From the IMG/VR virus record IMGVR_UViG_3300017917_000952, positions 1-64,000 of that record: a stretch of DNA of 64,000 bases; one strand, given 5' to 3'. Under the pieces are notes generated by a model. That model was not told where the DNA came from. It saw only the letters and a program-made list of their open reading frames with translations, and did no database searches. A program made the translations under genes and the position numbers. Of this stretch, positions 1 to 9,609 are shown one piece after another; position 1 is the stretch's first letter; the number at the start of each line of letters is the position of its first letter.

Positions 1-13
1 CCGACCATCCTGC

Positions 14-40
14 AATAGGCCCTTCGGGGCCTATTTTTTT
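14..40 (+). terminator. Rho-independent terminator
   Basis: AATAGGCCC-TTCG-GGGCCTATT stem with a C(UUCG)G tetraloop, followed by a T7 run. Confidence 0.9.
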
Positions 41-97
41 GGTTAAAATAATTTCAATAGTGCCATCTCCTTCTGTTTTCATGTGTTAAATATGCAC

Positions 98-1477
98 ATG
101 GCAAACTTAGGAAATTTAATCAAGCTCAATCGCAACCAATCGAAGGTCGCTATTATTGACGAAGATGCTCGCGTAACCTATAGACAATTGCATAATATGT
201 CTAACTATGCCGCATTTCATCTCAAATCAAAAGGTATTGCACCCGGTGACAGAGTAGCCATTAAAGGTGTTAATACCATAGGCTATGTAGCGGCATATTT
301 AGGAATTTTAAAACTAGGAGCCGTAGCGGTTCTCATAAATGTAAAACTTCCACAATCGCAGGTTGAGTTTATTTTAAAAGACAGCAATGTTAAATTTTTA
401 TGGGAAGATCCAAAAATCCCTAGCGATGTGTTTGTTGAATTTACTCCACACGAAGCTCAGGACAGTGACCCGGCTATTGTAATGTATACATCGGGTTCTA
501 CAAGCCAACCCAAAGGAGTCATTCTTCCGCATAGCCACAAATGGATTATTGAAAAGAAATCAAATTATCCGGCGGCTGTTCATAGGAGAGCGATTGTTGC
601 CGCACCATTATATCATATGAATGGCCTAAGCAATACCGAAACTACACTAAGCGGCCACGGTACTCTTATTCTTTTAAAAAGATTTGACCCGATACAATTC
701 TTAAAAAGAATAGCCTACCACCGAGTAAATTCTATTACATCTGTTCCTACGATGTTGGCATTGATACTTCAACATCAAGATGTAATGAAAAAATTAGATC
801 TAAAATGTGTTACACATATTGGAATGGCTTCTGCACCTGTTAGCAGACATTTATTTGAATCTCTAAAGGCTGCATTTCCAAAAGCAGTAATCAACAATGC
901 TTATGGAATAACTGAAGTTAGTCCGGGAATGTTTGGAAGGCATCCGACTCTACCCACGCCCGATATGAGTGTTGGATATCCAATACCTGGAATTGAATAT
1001 AGGCTAGTAGACGGAATTCTACAGGTAAAGAGTCCATCTATGTTCTTAAAATATAATAACCTAGCAACAAAAAACATAACCGAAGATGGGTTTTTTATCA
1101 CAAATGATTTGTTCAAAATAGACGAAAACGGGTTTTACTTTTTCTTAGGCCGCGCCGATGACATGTTTGTTAGCGGCGGGAATAATGTATACCCCCGTCA
1201 ATTAGAGTCAGTATTAGAAGAACACCCGTTAGTCAAACAAGCGGCAGTCATTGGCCTAGAAGATGATATTAAGGGGATGAAACCGTACGCATTTGTGGTA
1301 TCTACTGCCGGCGAGGACGAACTAAAAAGACATGTATTAGAATCGTTGCCGCCGAGTCATTGTCCTAGAAAAATTTGGTCGGTTATGACGATGCCACTAA
1401 CCAGCGTAAACAAAATAGATAAAAATGCACTAAAGAATCAAGCAAAAGAGTTATTAAATGTTGTTCAACAGAATTGA
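98..1477 (+). CDS. AMP-binding acyl-CoA synthetase (adenylate-forming enzyme)
   Basis: YTSGSTSQPKG AMP-binding loop, YGITE, FITNDL, GRADD and C-terminal NKIDK lysine. Start placed at ATG 98, 5 nt after TTAAATA (track start 83). Confidence 0.9.
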   Translation: MANLGNLIKLNRNQSKVAIIDEDARVTYRQLHNMSNYAAFHLKSKGIAPGDRVAIKGVNTIGYVAAYLGILKLGAVAVLINVKLPQSQVEFILKDSNVKFLWEDPKIPSDVFVEFTPHEAQDSDPAIVMYTSGSTSQPKGVILPHSHKWIIEKKSNYPAAVHRRAIVAAPLYHMNGLSNTETTLSGHGTLILLKRFDPIQFLKRIAYHRVNSITSVPTMLALILQHQDVMKKLDLKCVTHIGMASAPVSRHLFESLKAAFPKAVINNAYGITEVSPGMFGRHPTLPTPDMSVGYPIPGIEYRLVDGILQVKSPSMFLKYNNLATKNITEDGFFITNDLFKIDENGFYFFLGRADDMFVSGGNNVYPRQLESVLEEHPLVKQAAVIGLEDDIKGMKPYAFVVSTAGEDELKRHVLESLPPSHCPRKIWSVMTMPLTSVNKIDKNALKNQAKELLNVVQQN

Positions 1478-2195
1478 GAATCTTAACGGTCAGGTAGCCG
1501 TAATTACCGGAGCCAACGGCGGTGTCGGGTTTGCTGTTGCAGAAAGACTAGCAAAGTCGGGTGCTCAGATTATCGGAATAGTTAGACGCAACGTAGAAGA
1601 AATGCAGGCAAGGTTAGATCAACTAGGGCCAGGTCATAGAGCCCTATTAGCGGATGTAACTAGCAGCGAACAATTAATATCGGCGGCGGCCCAGATCACA
1701 CAGTGCGATATACTTATTAATAATGCCGGCGCTTCTACTCCTATCGATCATAAAAATTTAACCTCGCTGACGGACGAAATTTTTGAAAACGTAGTAAAGG
1801 TTAATCTAAACGGCGTATTTTACACTACTAAGGCATTTTTACCTCTCCTACGAAAGAGTCAGAATGCACTGGTTGTTAATATAAGTTCGGCTAGTAGTAT
1901 ACGAACAGGCGGCAGCAATGTTGCCTATGCAGCCGCAAAAGCAGGGGTTGACTCATTGACTAGAAATTTAGCAAAGGCCCTTGCTCCAATTAGAGTAGTA
2001 AGTTTAAATCCTACACTTATAAAAACTAATTTTACACAAATGCCAGACTCTTATTACCATAACGCAGGTCTAGGAACTCCATTAAAACGAGTAGTTACTG
2101 TAGAAGATGTTGCATCAACTGTAGAGGCACTGGCAACTACAGTGAGATTTGTAACCGGCAACAACATTGTCATTGACGGAGGAAGAACACTATGA
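1458..2195 (+). CDS. Short-chain dehydrogenase/reductase (SDR)
   Basis: TGANGGVG Rossmann motif, NNAG, catalytic S and YAAAK, IDGG C-terminus. Confidence 0.92.
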   Translation: MLFNRIENLNGQVAVITGANGGVGFAVAERLAKSGAQIIGIVRRNVEEMQARLDQLGPGHRALLADVTSSEQLISAAAQITQCDILINNAGASTPIDHKNLTSLTDEIFENVVKVNLNGVFYTTKAFLPLLRKSQNALVVNISSASSIRTGGSNVAYAAAKAGVDSLTRNLAKALAPIRVVSLNPTLIKTNFTQMPDSYYHNAGLGTPLKRVVTVEDVASTVEALATTVRFVTGNNIVIDGGRTL

Positions 2196-3064
2196 CTACA
2201 ATTATAACCTGTGCTATAACAGGAGCGGTCACTAGTAGAGATCAAACTCCGTATCTTCCAGTGACTCCTGAAGAGATTGCAATTAGCGCACTTGAAGCAG
2301 CAGAAGCCGGCGCGGCAGTAGCGCACATACATGTTCGAGATCCCGAAACAGGAAAACCGAGTATCAATGTAGAGTACTACAGAGATACAGTTGATAGAAT
2401 TCGTAAACAAAATAAAGACCTTTTGATTAACTTAACGACTGGGCCTGGCGCATTTTATTTGCCAAGTTTTGGTGTTAACCTAGCACAAGGTGCTCCAGGA
2501 ACTTTACTACTAGGCGCCGCAAAACGTGTAGAGCATATTCAGTTAATTAAACCCGATATCTGTAGTTTAGATTTTAATACCATGCATCAGGCCGGAGACG
2601 GTATCAGAATAAACCATAAACGTGTTACTAGAGAAATGCTAAGGTTAGTTCAAGAAGCAGGTACGAAACCAGAGTTAGAGATCTTTGATAGCGGAGACCT
2701 TCGCATAGCACAAGAGTTTGTTGCAGAAGGATTGGTAAAAGGTAAACCATTTTGGCAATTTGCCATGGGCGTTAAATATGGCTGGGGCGCAAGCACCAAT
2801 GCACTACAATATGCTTACAGAGAACTAACACCGGGATCGTTGTGGAGTGCCTTTGGCATAGGAAAAGAACAGATGCCATTTGTTGCACAGACAATGTTGT
2901 TAGGTGGGCATGTTAGGGTAGGCATGGAAGATAATATCTACACCAGTAAGGGAGTGTTAGCAAAAACTAATGCAGAATTGGTTAGTATGGCCGTTGACAT
3001 TATCAGACTATTAGGAGGCAAGGTTGCATCCTATCAAGAAGCAAGGGAAATTTTATTACAATGA
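2192..3064 (+). CDS. Beta-keto acid cleavage enzyme (BKACE/Kce, DUF849)
   Basis: ITCAITGA start, PVTPEEIA, AGAAVAHIHVRD zinc motif, PELEIFD, GGHVRVGMEDN. Confidence 0.9.
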   Translation: MTTIITCAITGAVTSRDQTPYLPVTPEEIAISALEAAEAGAAVAHIHVRDPETGKPSINVEYYRDTVDRIRKQNKDLLINLTTGPGAFYLPSFGVNLAQGAPGTLLLGAAKRVEHIQLIKPDICSLDFNTMHQAGDGIRINHKRVTREMLRLVQEAGTKPELEIFDSGDLRIAQEFVAEGLVKGKPFWQFAMGVKYGWGASTNALQYAYRELTPGSLWSAFGIGKEQMPFVAQTMLLGGHVRVGMEDNIYTSKGVLAKTNAELVSMAVDIIRLLGGKVASYQEAREILLQ

Positions 3065-3843
3065 CACAAGAAAGATTAGATACTAGACAGTCCTATTTCT
3101 ACAGGGATCATACCGGGATACGAAGAAGATACGGAATATACATGCCTGCTATTGATAGATTCCTGCATGTGTCAGAACAAGATTTATGGATGAGTCTCGA
3201 AACTGCTGAGATTCTAAGTTCCAAAGTACAAACTATGCTATATGTGCTGCCCCCTGGTTACATAAAAGTTCCCGAGTATACCGAACTTATTAATAATCAA
3301 AACTGTCTCAATTGGGGCATCTATGACAAGTCAAAATTAAAGATAGGTTCCGGCAGTGCGCTAGGTGCCAGACAGACTCCTATTATAGGTATGCTTTATC
3401 CTGATGATCGATTAGAAGAACATCAGTCTCTTCCAGAAGACTTTATCGAAGATAGTTCTATACTAATAGGTTTGAAAGACTATGCAGATTATGTATATCG
3501 AAGAGTTTTAGGAATTAGCATTGCAGTGAATTTTTATAATCCGTATTTCTCAAAGAAATTTATAGAAAAATATATCGACAATGATTGGGTAGAAAATAAA
3601 GAAAATTCAGCAGACCCTTCCTTTTCAAAAGGTATTGAATTTGAAATTAAGAAAATACTTTACCAGTGCAACTCTAAGGAAGAAGCCGAAGAAGCAATTA
3701 CTAATTTCTGGCTCGAAAATTATAGAAACGTAGGATTTATTATGGTAGGATATTATAAGGTAATCGGAGAAAGAATCCCAGAAAAACTAAGACCATACGC
3801 TTCAAATATTCACTATCTTAACCATTCAGTGTGGGTCATATAA
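3061..3843 (+). CDS. Hypothetical protein, coupled to the downstream PP-loop ATPase gene
   Basis: 260-aa ORF overlapping both neighbours; no motif recognised. Confidence 0.7.
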   Translation: MTQERLDTRQSYFYRDHTGIRRRYGIYMPAIDRFLHVSEQDLWMSLETAEILSSKVQTMLYVLPPGYIKVPEYTELINNQNCLNWGIYDKSKLKIGSGSALGARQTPIIGMLYPDDRLEEHQSLPEDFIEDSSILIGLKDYADYVYRRVLGISIAVNFYNPYFSKKFIEKYIDNDWVENKENSADPSFSKGIEFEIKKILYQCNSKEEAEEAITNFWLENYRNVGFIMVGYYKVIGERIPEKLRPYASNIHYLNHSVWVI

Positions 3844-5102
3844 TGCTTAATATAAACGATACACTTTATTTTTCAAGCCATGTTGTGAATTGGTATACTA
3901 GAGATACTTGGGATAAGGTATACAAAAACGTCCCTCCAGACGGTCAATGGTACCTAAAGGTGTACGAAAAGGTCTTACCTAATCGATTAATAACAAGGAA
4001 TGGGGAGTGGACTACTCCGTGGCCCCAGGAACTAATTCCTAAATTTAAGATGCCCGAGTACGATCCTTACTTTAGTAAATCGTTCGAACAGGTGACAGAT
4101 GAAAACGCTCTACGGATAAGGGATAGAATTCTCCAAGGAGAAAAGTTTGCCGTCATGTATTCGGGGGGTATTGATAGTACACTAGTTCTTTCATCGTTGA
4201 TTAAAAATCTTAGCAGTGAAGAATTAGAAAATGTAACTGTAGTTTGTAGTGGAGAAAGCATTGCCGAGAACCCTGTGTTCTATAGTAAGTTCATTCACGA
4301 AAAAATGAAAACCCTAGATTCTAAACGACACAAATATGATGACCTGATTAATCTAGGTTTGACTCCTATTATTTCAGATGAAGGAGATTGTATTTTTGGA
4401 ACACTTATCGGGCTCAATATGTACAACAGTTTTGATGCCTTAGTTGATCACGTATCGGGTCCCGTAAAAGAAAATCTAAGGCTTCTAAAAGATAAAATTA
4501 GCGATCCCAGTGTTCATTACAGTACATTTAAAGACCTAATTATTAAATTTTTGGATTTACCGCATTCACCGACATTTGGTAGAATTCTGTACGACAAATA
4601 TGATCATAATATAAGAACTGCAACAGTTCCTGTTCATAGTCTCCATGATTTTTTCTGGTGGTTAATTTTCAACGTTAAATATTACAATTGTTCCGTTAGG
4701 GGTGCAATATATATCAACGATACTATAGATATCAACACAGCCGTTCACAGAATCCATAATTGGTTTAATGATGAAGATTACCAACGATGGAGTATGGCAA
4801 ACAATAACAATGGAACAAAAATTAAAAAAAGTATCCTCAGTTATAAAACGGCGGCTAAAGAATATATCTACTCCGTTGATAACAATATTTGGTACAGAAC
4901 CTTTAAGACAAAATTAGAGTCCCTGTGGAATATAAGTAACTTGCAAAATGTACAGAATATTCCGATGGAAAAAAGGCCTGTAGCAAGGATAGCAGTTAAA
5001 AAAGAAAACTGGGAATTGGTGCATCTTACTGACCCGGGGGTGGTTGAGTATTTTACTCATCATGCATCAAATTATAAAATAGATTGGACAGACATCAAAT
5101 GA
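3831..5102 (+). CDS. PP-loop ATPase (asparagine synthase C-domain / adenine nucleotide alpha-hydrolase-like)
   Basis: MYSGGIDST PP-loop and SDEGDCIFG; no N-terminal glutaminase Cys. Confidence 0.7.
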   Translation: MGHIMLNINDTLYFSSHVVNWYTRDTWDKVYKNVPPDGQWYLKVYEKVLPNRLITRNGEWTTPWPQELIPKFKMPEYDPYFSKSFEQVTDENALRIRDRILQGEKFAVMYSGGIDSTLVLSSLIKNLSSEELENVTVVCSGESIAENPVFYSKFIHEKMKTLDSKRHKYDDLINLGLTPIISDEGDCIFGTLIGLNMYNSFDALVDHVSGPVKENLRLLKDKISDPSVHYSTFKDLIIKFLDLPHSPTFGRILYDKYDHNIRTATVPVHSLHDFFWWLIFNVKYYNCSVRGAIYINDTIDINTAVHRIHNWFNDEDYQRWSMANNNNGTKIKKSILSYKTAAKEYIYSVDNNIWYRTFKTKLESLWNISNLQNVQNIPMEKRPVARIAVKKENWELVHLTDPGVVEYFTHHASNYKIDWTDIK

Positions 5103-6004
5103 AAAAATTTTTAGCAACCTTATTATTAGCAACTACAGCATTTGTGGCACATGCTAAAGAAAATATTACAATTTTCTATGCATGGGGTCCAGGTGACTCT
5201 GTAGCAAACTATCATCGCACTATCGCTGCTGAAGCAAACAAAATTCAAGACAAATACAATTTTATCTTTGATACCAAGCCAGGCGCAGGTGGTGCAATCG
5301 CATCTAACCACGTACTTAATACTCCTAACAGTGTATTGGCACATAGCACAGCATTTTTTGTGCGTCCTGTAGTGTTCCCTAACGAAAGTTATGATTTAAC
5401 AAAATACAAAGAACAATATGTTCACTGCATGGCCCCAATGGCTGTGACTAGTACAAAGTATAAAACTGTAAAAGATGTACCTGCCAACGCTAGTGTAGGT
5501 ATTAGCGGCCTAGGTGTTACTACACACTTAGCAGCACTAGAACTAAAGAAACGTTATCCGGATTTAAATATCGTTCCTTTTAAATCTACCAACGATAGTA
5601 TGTTAAGTATGGTAAGCGGTCAAACTGATCTACATATTGGATTTATCAGCGAAGCAGAACAATGGAGTAAAGAAAACTCTAACAGTGATCGTAAGGTAAA
5701 TGTTTTAGGTATTACTGGATCAAAAGTTGTTAATGGTTACCAACCGTTGGTTCGTCAAGGCTTCGACGCTAGTTTTGCCGACATGAATGTTGGACATCAT
5801 CTCCTAGTACCAACAACAGTCAGCGAAGAAAAGCGCAAAGAGTTTCACGCCATTTTTGCTCGTGCAGCCCAGGCTCCTAGCGTTCGTGCTGCCTATGCAG
5901 TTGACTACTGCGAACCACAGGCTGTTACCTATGACGGTTTAGACAAGTTCTTCTTGTTCCATACAAACTATTGGAAGAAGTTAGCATCTGCGGTTAAACT
6001 ATGA
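5084..6004 (+). CDS. Bug/TctC-like tripartite tricarboxylate transporter substrate-binding protein
   Basis: Signal peptide (MKKFLATLLLATTAFVAHA, likely start about 5099), KPGAGGAIA, GVTTHL, VPFKS. Confidence 0.8.
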   Translation: MDRHQMKKFLATLLLATTAFVAHAKENITIFYAWGPGDSVANYHRTIAAEANKIQDKYNFIFDTKPGAGGAIASNHVLNTPNSVLAHSTAFFVRPVVFPNESYDLTKYKEQYVHCMAPMAVTSTKYKTVKDVPANASVGISGLGVTTHLAALELKKRYPDLNIVPFKSTNDSMLSMVSGQTDLHIGFISEAEQWSKENSNSDRKVNVLGITGSKVVNGYQPLVRQGFDASFADMNVGHHLLVPTTVSEEKRKEFHAIFARAAQAPSVRAAYAVDYCEPQAVTYDGLDKFFLFHTNYWKKLASAVKL

Positions 6005-6894
6005 TTAAGAAATTAATTATTGGAGTTCTAGGGGCATTGGCTATTTCGGCCAATGCTGCCGAAACTATTAAGGTATACAGTCCTTACAGTGCGAGCCACA
6101 GCGGTACTCCTGCATTGTTACGAGTGTTAGACCAAGCAAACGCAAATCAAAATATCTATAAATTCGTTCCAGAATTTAAACCGGGCGGAAATCAGATCAT
6201 CGCTGTAAAAAGTGTAGATGCAAATAGCCTGGCAATTATTGCACCTGCGTTTGTTGAGAATGTAGAATCGGGTAAACTTAATGAGTCTGACTATGTTCCA
6301 GTTTATGCACTCGGTGATGCCTGCTGGGCTGTGATCACAAACGGACCTTTAGAAGGTGCTAAGGAAGTTACAGTCGGCGGGGTTGGATTTGGCAATGCTG
6401 CACACTTAACAGCACTAGCATTAGGCGAGAAGTTTAAGTTTAACGTTCGTTATATTGTTTTTAGATCTAACAACGATGCACTGGTTAACATGACTGGAAA
6501 CAACGGTGTAGAATTTGTTGTTGAAAAATACGAAAGTTACGAAGGATTAAAAACTAAAAATCCTAATCTAAGAGTTATTGCTGCTAGTTGTCCTAAGAGA
6601 TTACCCCAGGCACCAAAAGTAAAAACACTCAAGGAAATGGGAATAGAAGCACCCTATGTCTTCAACATCATTGTATCTAACAGAGAAATGCCCAGTGGTC
6701 GTAGGTTAGCAATTTCAAAAATCTTAAATGACGCTACTCTAGCACTAGGCGAAGAAGAAATTTTTAAAATCTCTGCAATGCGTCCTCCTGTGTTCGATGG
6801 TGTCACTGCTGAAGATTTTTATGTAAAATCTACAGATCTTGTCAAAAATCTTCAGAAAAAGTATAGGTCTAAGATTGAAGAATCCAAAAAGTAA
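6001..6894 (+). CDS. Bug/TctC-like substrate-binding protein (divergent)
   Basis: Signal peptide ...AISANA, KPGG, GFGNAAHL, KRLPQAPKVKTLKEMG. Confidence 0.75.
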   Translation: MIKKLIIGVLGALAISANAAETIKVYSPYSASHSGTPALLRVLDQANANQNIYKFVPEFKPGGNQIIAVKSVDANSLAIIAPAFVENVESGKLNESDYVPVYALGDACWAVITNGPLEGAKEVTVGGVGFGNAAHLTALALGEKFKFNVRYIVFRSNNDALVNMTGNNGVEFVVEKYESYEGLKTKNPNLRVIAASCPKRLPQAPKVKTLKEMGIEAPYVFNIIVSNREMPSGRRLAISKILNDATLALGEEEIFKISAMRPPVFDGVTAEDFYVKSTDLVKNLQKKYRSKIEESKK

Positions 6895-6931
6895 CTAAAT
6901 ATATGAGCATGAAAGGTTCATGCTCATTTTT
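6895..6931 (+). terminator. Terminator hairpin directly downstream of a late-promoter-like CTAAATA
   Basis: ATGAGCATGAA-AGG-TTCATGCTCAT (6903-6927) plus T run; CTAAATA at 6895-6901. Confidence 0.75.
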
Positions 6932-6956
6932 AACGTTATAAAATGGAGCCTAAACA

Positions 6957-7904
6957 ATGACAAAAAAGCACGTAAAATGGGTTATCGCCCATGAGCCTAT
7001 TGGATTATTCCTAAAGGTAGCAGAGCGTTTTGCTAAGGAAGTAAACGAGCAGACCAACGGTATGTTCGATATCGAAGTTCTTTCTCTAAGCGATTATTCT
7101 GCAAAGTACAATGATGGTAAGAAAATTACCAAAGACGACCTAATGAAGTTAGTAGATACTGGCGCAATCGAAATGAGCCACATCTACACAACATGGTTAG
7201 CAGACTACAACAAAGATCTACACGCATTAGATCTACCTTTCTTATTCCGTGATCACGCACACGCTGACGCAGTTCTAGAAGGCGAAATCGGTGCAGAGCT
7301 TCTAGCAGGTGTTTCTAAGAACAGCAACATCAAGGCTATGAGTTTCACATATAGCGGTGGCTATCGTGTTGTTCCTGCAAACTTTGCAGCAGACACAGTA
7401 GAAGCATGGCAAGGTAAGAAAGTTCGTACCAGCCGTAGCCCAGTTGCAGTCGACACATTCAAACTGCTAGGCGCACAACCTTTTGAAGGTATTGCTTTAG
7501 AAGAAATGAATCAGGCTGCTGACCAAGGTATTATTGAAGCAGGCGAGAGCACATACGTTCGCGTATTCCCTCTAGACCAGCATAAGAGCTTCGAAGTTGT
7601 TAACGACACAGCACACAGCCTATTCTTAACAAGCATTATTGTTAACCAAGATTTCATGGCTCAGTTCAGCCAAGAAGTTCAAGAAGTTCTTGCAACAGCC
7701 GCATTCAATGCAGCACGTCAAGAGCGTCGCGAAAGTGTTGCTAACATTCCTGAAATCCTAGAACTTTGCGAAAAAGAAGGTGTTCAGGTTGTTAAGATGA
7801 GCGCAGAAGAAGAGTGCAAGTTCAAGGCAATCACAAGTCAGGTTTATGACATGTATGCCGACTATTTCACTCCCGGCTTAGTCCAGAAGATTCAGTTACA
7901 GTAA
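6957..7904 (+). CDS. dctP: TRAP transporter DctP-family substrate-binding protein lacking a signal peptide
   Basis: FAKEVNEQTNG, ALDLPFLFRD, GKKVRT with the conserved Arg, GIIEAGE; GGAG RBS at 6945-6948. Confidence 0.85.
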   Translation: MTKKHVKWVIAHEPIGLFLKVAERFAKEVNEQTNGMFDIEVLSLSDYSAKYNDGKKITKDDLMKLVDTGAIEMSHIYTTWLADYNKDLHALDLPFLFRDHAHADAVLEGEIGAELLAGVSKNSNIKAMSFTYSGGYRVVPANFAADTVEAWQGKKVRTSRSPVAVDTFKLLGAQPFEGIALEEMNQAADQGIIEAGESTYVRVFPLDQHKSFEVVNDTAHSLFLTSIIVNQDFMAQFSQEVQEVLATAAFNAARQERRESVANIPEILELCEKEGVQVVKMSAEEECKFKAITSQVYDMYADYFTPGLVQKIQLQ

Positions 7905-7921
7905 TCTGTACTTAATCAAGT

Positions 7922-7942
7922 AAAGGGCCATATGGCCCTTTT
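7922..7942 (+). terminator. Terminator / perfect 20-bp palindrome
   Basis: AAAGGGCCAT|ATGGCCCTTT just after the dctP stop. Confidence 0.8.
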
Positions 7943-7957
7943 CTTACGAGTATACCC

Positions 7958-7965
7958 TATAAATA
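7958..7965 (+). promoter_or_regulatory. T4-type late promoter TATAAATA
   Basis: Exact T4 late consensus, 4 nt before ATG 7970. Confidence 0.65.
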
Positions 7966-7969
7966 ATTC

Positions 7970-8569
7970 ATGTGGATGCCTGTTGATTTTAAAGAAATTG
8001 GAAAAATAGATCCGGAAATATTAAATCCGGTTATAGAACTATTTGATACAATAAACTGGAATGATTTTTCATACAGACGTCCAGAACCTAAACTGCGTGC
8101 CGGAAAATTACTGGCTTTGCCTTACCTGTTATACAAATATGATCATCCTGTTTATACCGAAGAGCAGCAGATGATAATTAAGGCCGTGGAACCAGTAGTA
8201 GATGAGATTATTAAACTATTCCCCGGTTATGTAAAAGTTCGCGGAGAAATTGCAACATTATTACCGGGGGTTGAATTACCTTTACATACTGATATTGTTT
8301 GGTTTCATAAGTATTGTAGGCGAATACACATTCCTATAATAACTAACAAGGACTGTTACCAACAATTTGAAAATAGAACTTCTCATTTAGAGTTTGCAAA
8401 AATATACGAGATTAATAATAGAATAATGCACGGTGCTGGTAATCTCGGAAACAGCCAACGCATACACTTAATCCTTGACTTGCTCAGTGACAACATCTAT
8501 AATATAATTGATAAAAAAGTATATCAACTTATGACGGCGCTGCCAAAAAATGAAGTCAAAATTTATTAA
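7970..8569 (+). CDS. Aspartyl/asparaginyl beta-hydroxylase-like 2OG-Fe(II) oxygenase
   Basis: LPLHTD (HxD), RRIHIPIITN, EINNRIMHGAGN, RIHLILD. Confidence 0.8.
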   Translation: MWMPVDFKEIGKIDPEILNPVIELFDTINWNDFSYRRPEPKLRAGKLLALPYLLYKYDHPVYTEEQQMIIKAVEPVVDEIIKLFPGYVKVRGEIATLLPGVELPLHTDIVWFHKYCRRIHIPIITNKDCYQQFENRTSHLEFAKIYEINNRIMHGAGNLGNSQRIHLILDLLSDNIYNIIDKKVYQLMTALPKNEVKIY

Positions 8570-9098
8570 CGCATATATGAATGTGGCAAAAGAGTTTGCC
8601 AATCTAAGCCATGCACGACGATTACACGTCGGTGCTATTGTAGTCAAAGACGACCGTATCATCAGCATCGGCTACAACGGTATGCCTGCCGGTTGGGATA
8701 ACGACTGTGAATACAAAGATTACTGCCTAAGCAAAGATCTCAATGGAAATTATTTTCCAGGGGCGGAAGAAGAATATCCGTTTGTAGAAGAAGAACACGG
8801 TCCATATTACGAGTATACTCGTCGGTACCGTCTTAAAACCAGACCAGAGGTATTACATGCAGAATCAAACGCTATTGCAAAACTGGCGAAGTCTAATGAC
8901 AGTGGTGATGGGGCTGACTTATTTGTTACTCACAGTCCTTGTATCGAGTGTGCCAAACTCATTTATCAGTCAGGCATTCGTCGTGTTTATTTTGGTGAAC
9001 ACTATCGCGACGATGCTGGGATTGAATTCCTCAAGAAGTCGGGCGTGGAGGTAGTACAACCCCAACTAGGTGAATCCGAGGAACCTCAGAGCAATTAA
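8550..9098 (+). CDS. dCMP deaminase
   Basis: VGAIVVKD, GYNG, HAESNAI and SPCIECAK zinc motifs. Confidence 0.93.
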   Translation: MKSKFINAYMNVAKEFANLSHARRLHVGAIVVKDDRIISIGYNGMPAGWDNDCEYKDYCLSKDLNGNYFPGAEEEYPFVEEEHGPYYEYTRRYRLKTRPEVLHAESNAIAKLAKSNDSGDGADLFVTHSPCIECAKLIYQSGIRRVYFGEHYRDDAGIEFLKKSGVEVVQPQLGESEEPQSN

Positions 9099-9570
9099 TA
9101 AATGTGTGCTTCTTTGTTGTATCTACATAGTAACTAGTGCCGTCAGCGGGCATGTGCTCTATAGAATTCTGTTCCGGAAAAATCATTAAACATTGGGGAT
9201 TAGTAATCACTGGTAAATGTATCCTAGGATACGGATCAGAATGTATGCTGTAGCAGGCCCTGGGATTCATGTACATTAATCTTGTTCTAACAATCCTATA
9301 CTCACTAAGTGATTGCAACCATTGATCAACAAAACCGCCCCGTAGTTTAGGGTGAATAAATTTATACTGGGGCTCTACTATCATTCCTCCGGTTTTTCTT
9401 ATTCTGCCGGTTGACTCGTAGAACTGCTCTATGCTATCATTGTTAGGATCTTTCACCTGCAGGCCTAACTGCATAACGTTTTCTCTAAACGGAAAATTTT
9501 TGATTAGGTCGTTTATTTCGCTAACTAAGTTATAGAAATTCTCAAACTTCTTGATAGGCGTACAGATCAT
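9031..9570 (-). CDS. Aspartyl/asparaginyl beta-hydroxylase-like 2OG-Fe(II) oxygenase
   Basis: YSIHSD, RIHLPVITN, DTTKKHTFIN, RIHLV. Start placed at 9570, 5 nt after TTAAATA on the minus strand. Confidence 0.75.
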   Translation of the reverse strand: MICTPIKKFENFYNLVSEINDLIKNFPFRENVMQLGLQVKDPNNDSIEQFYESTGRIRKTGGMIVEPQYKFIHPKLRGGFVDQWLQSLSEYRIVRTRLMYMNPRACYSIHSDPYPRIHLPVITNPQCLMIFPEQNSIEHMPADGTSYYVDTTKKHTFINCSEVPRIHLVGVVLPPRPTS

Positions 9571-9609
9571 ATCAATATTTAATAACATTCTAACATAAGG
9601 AAAAAATAG

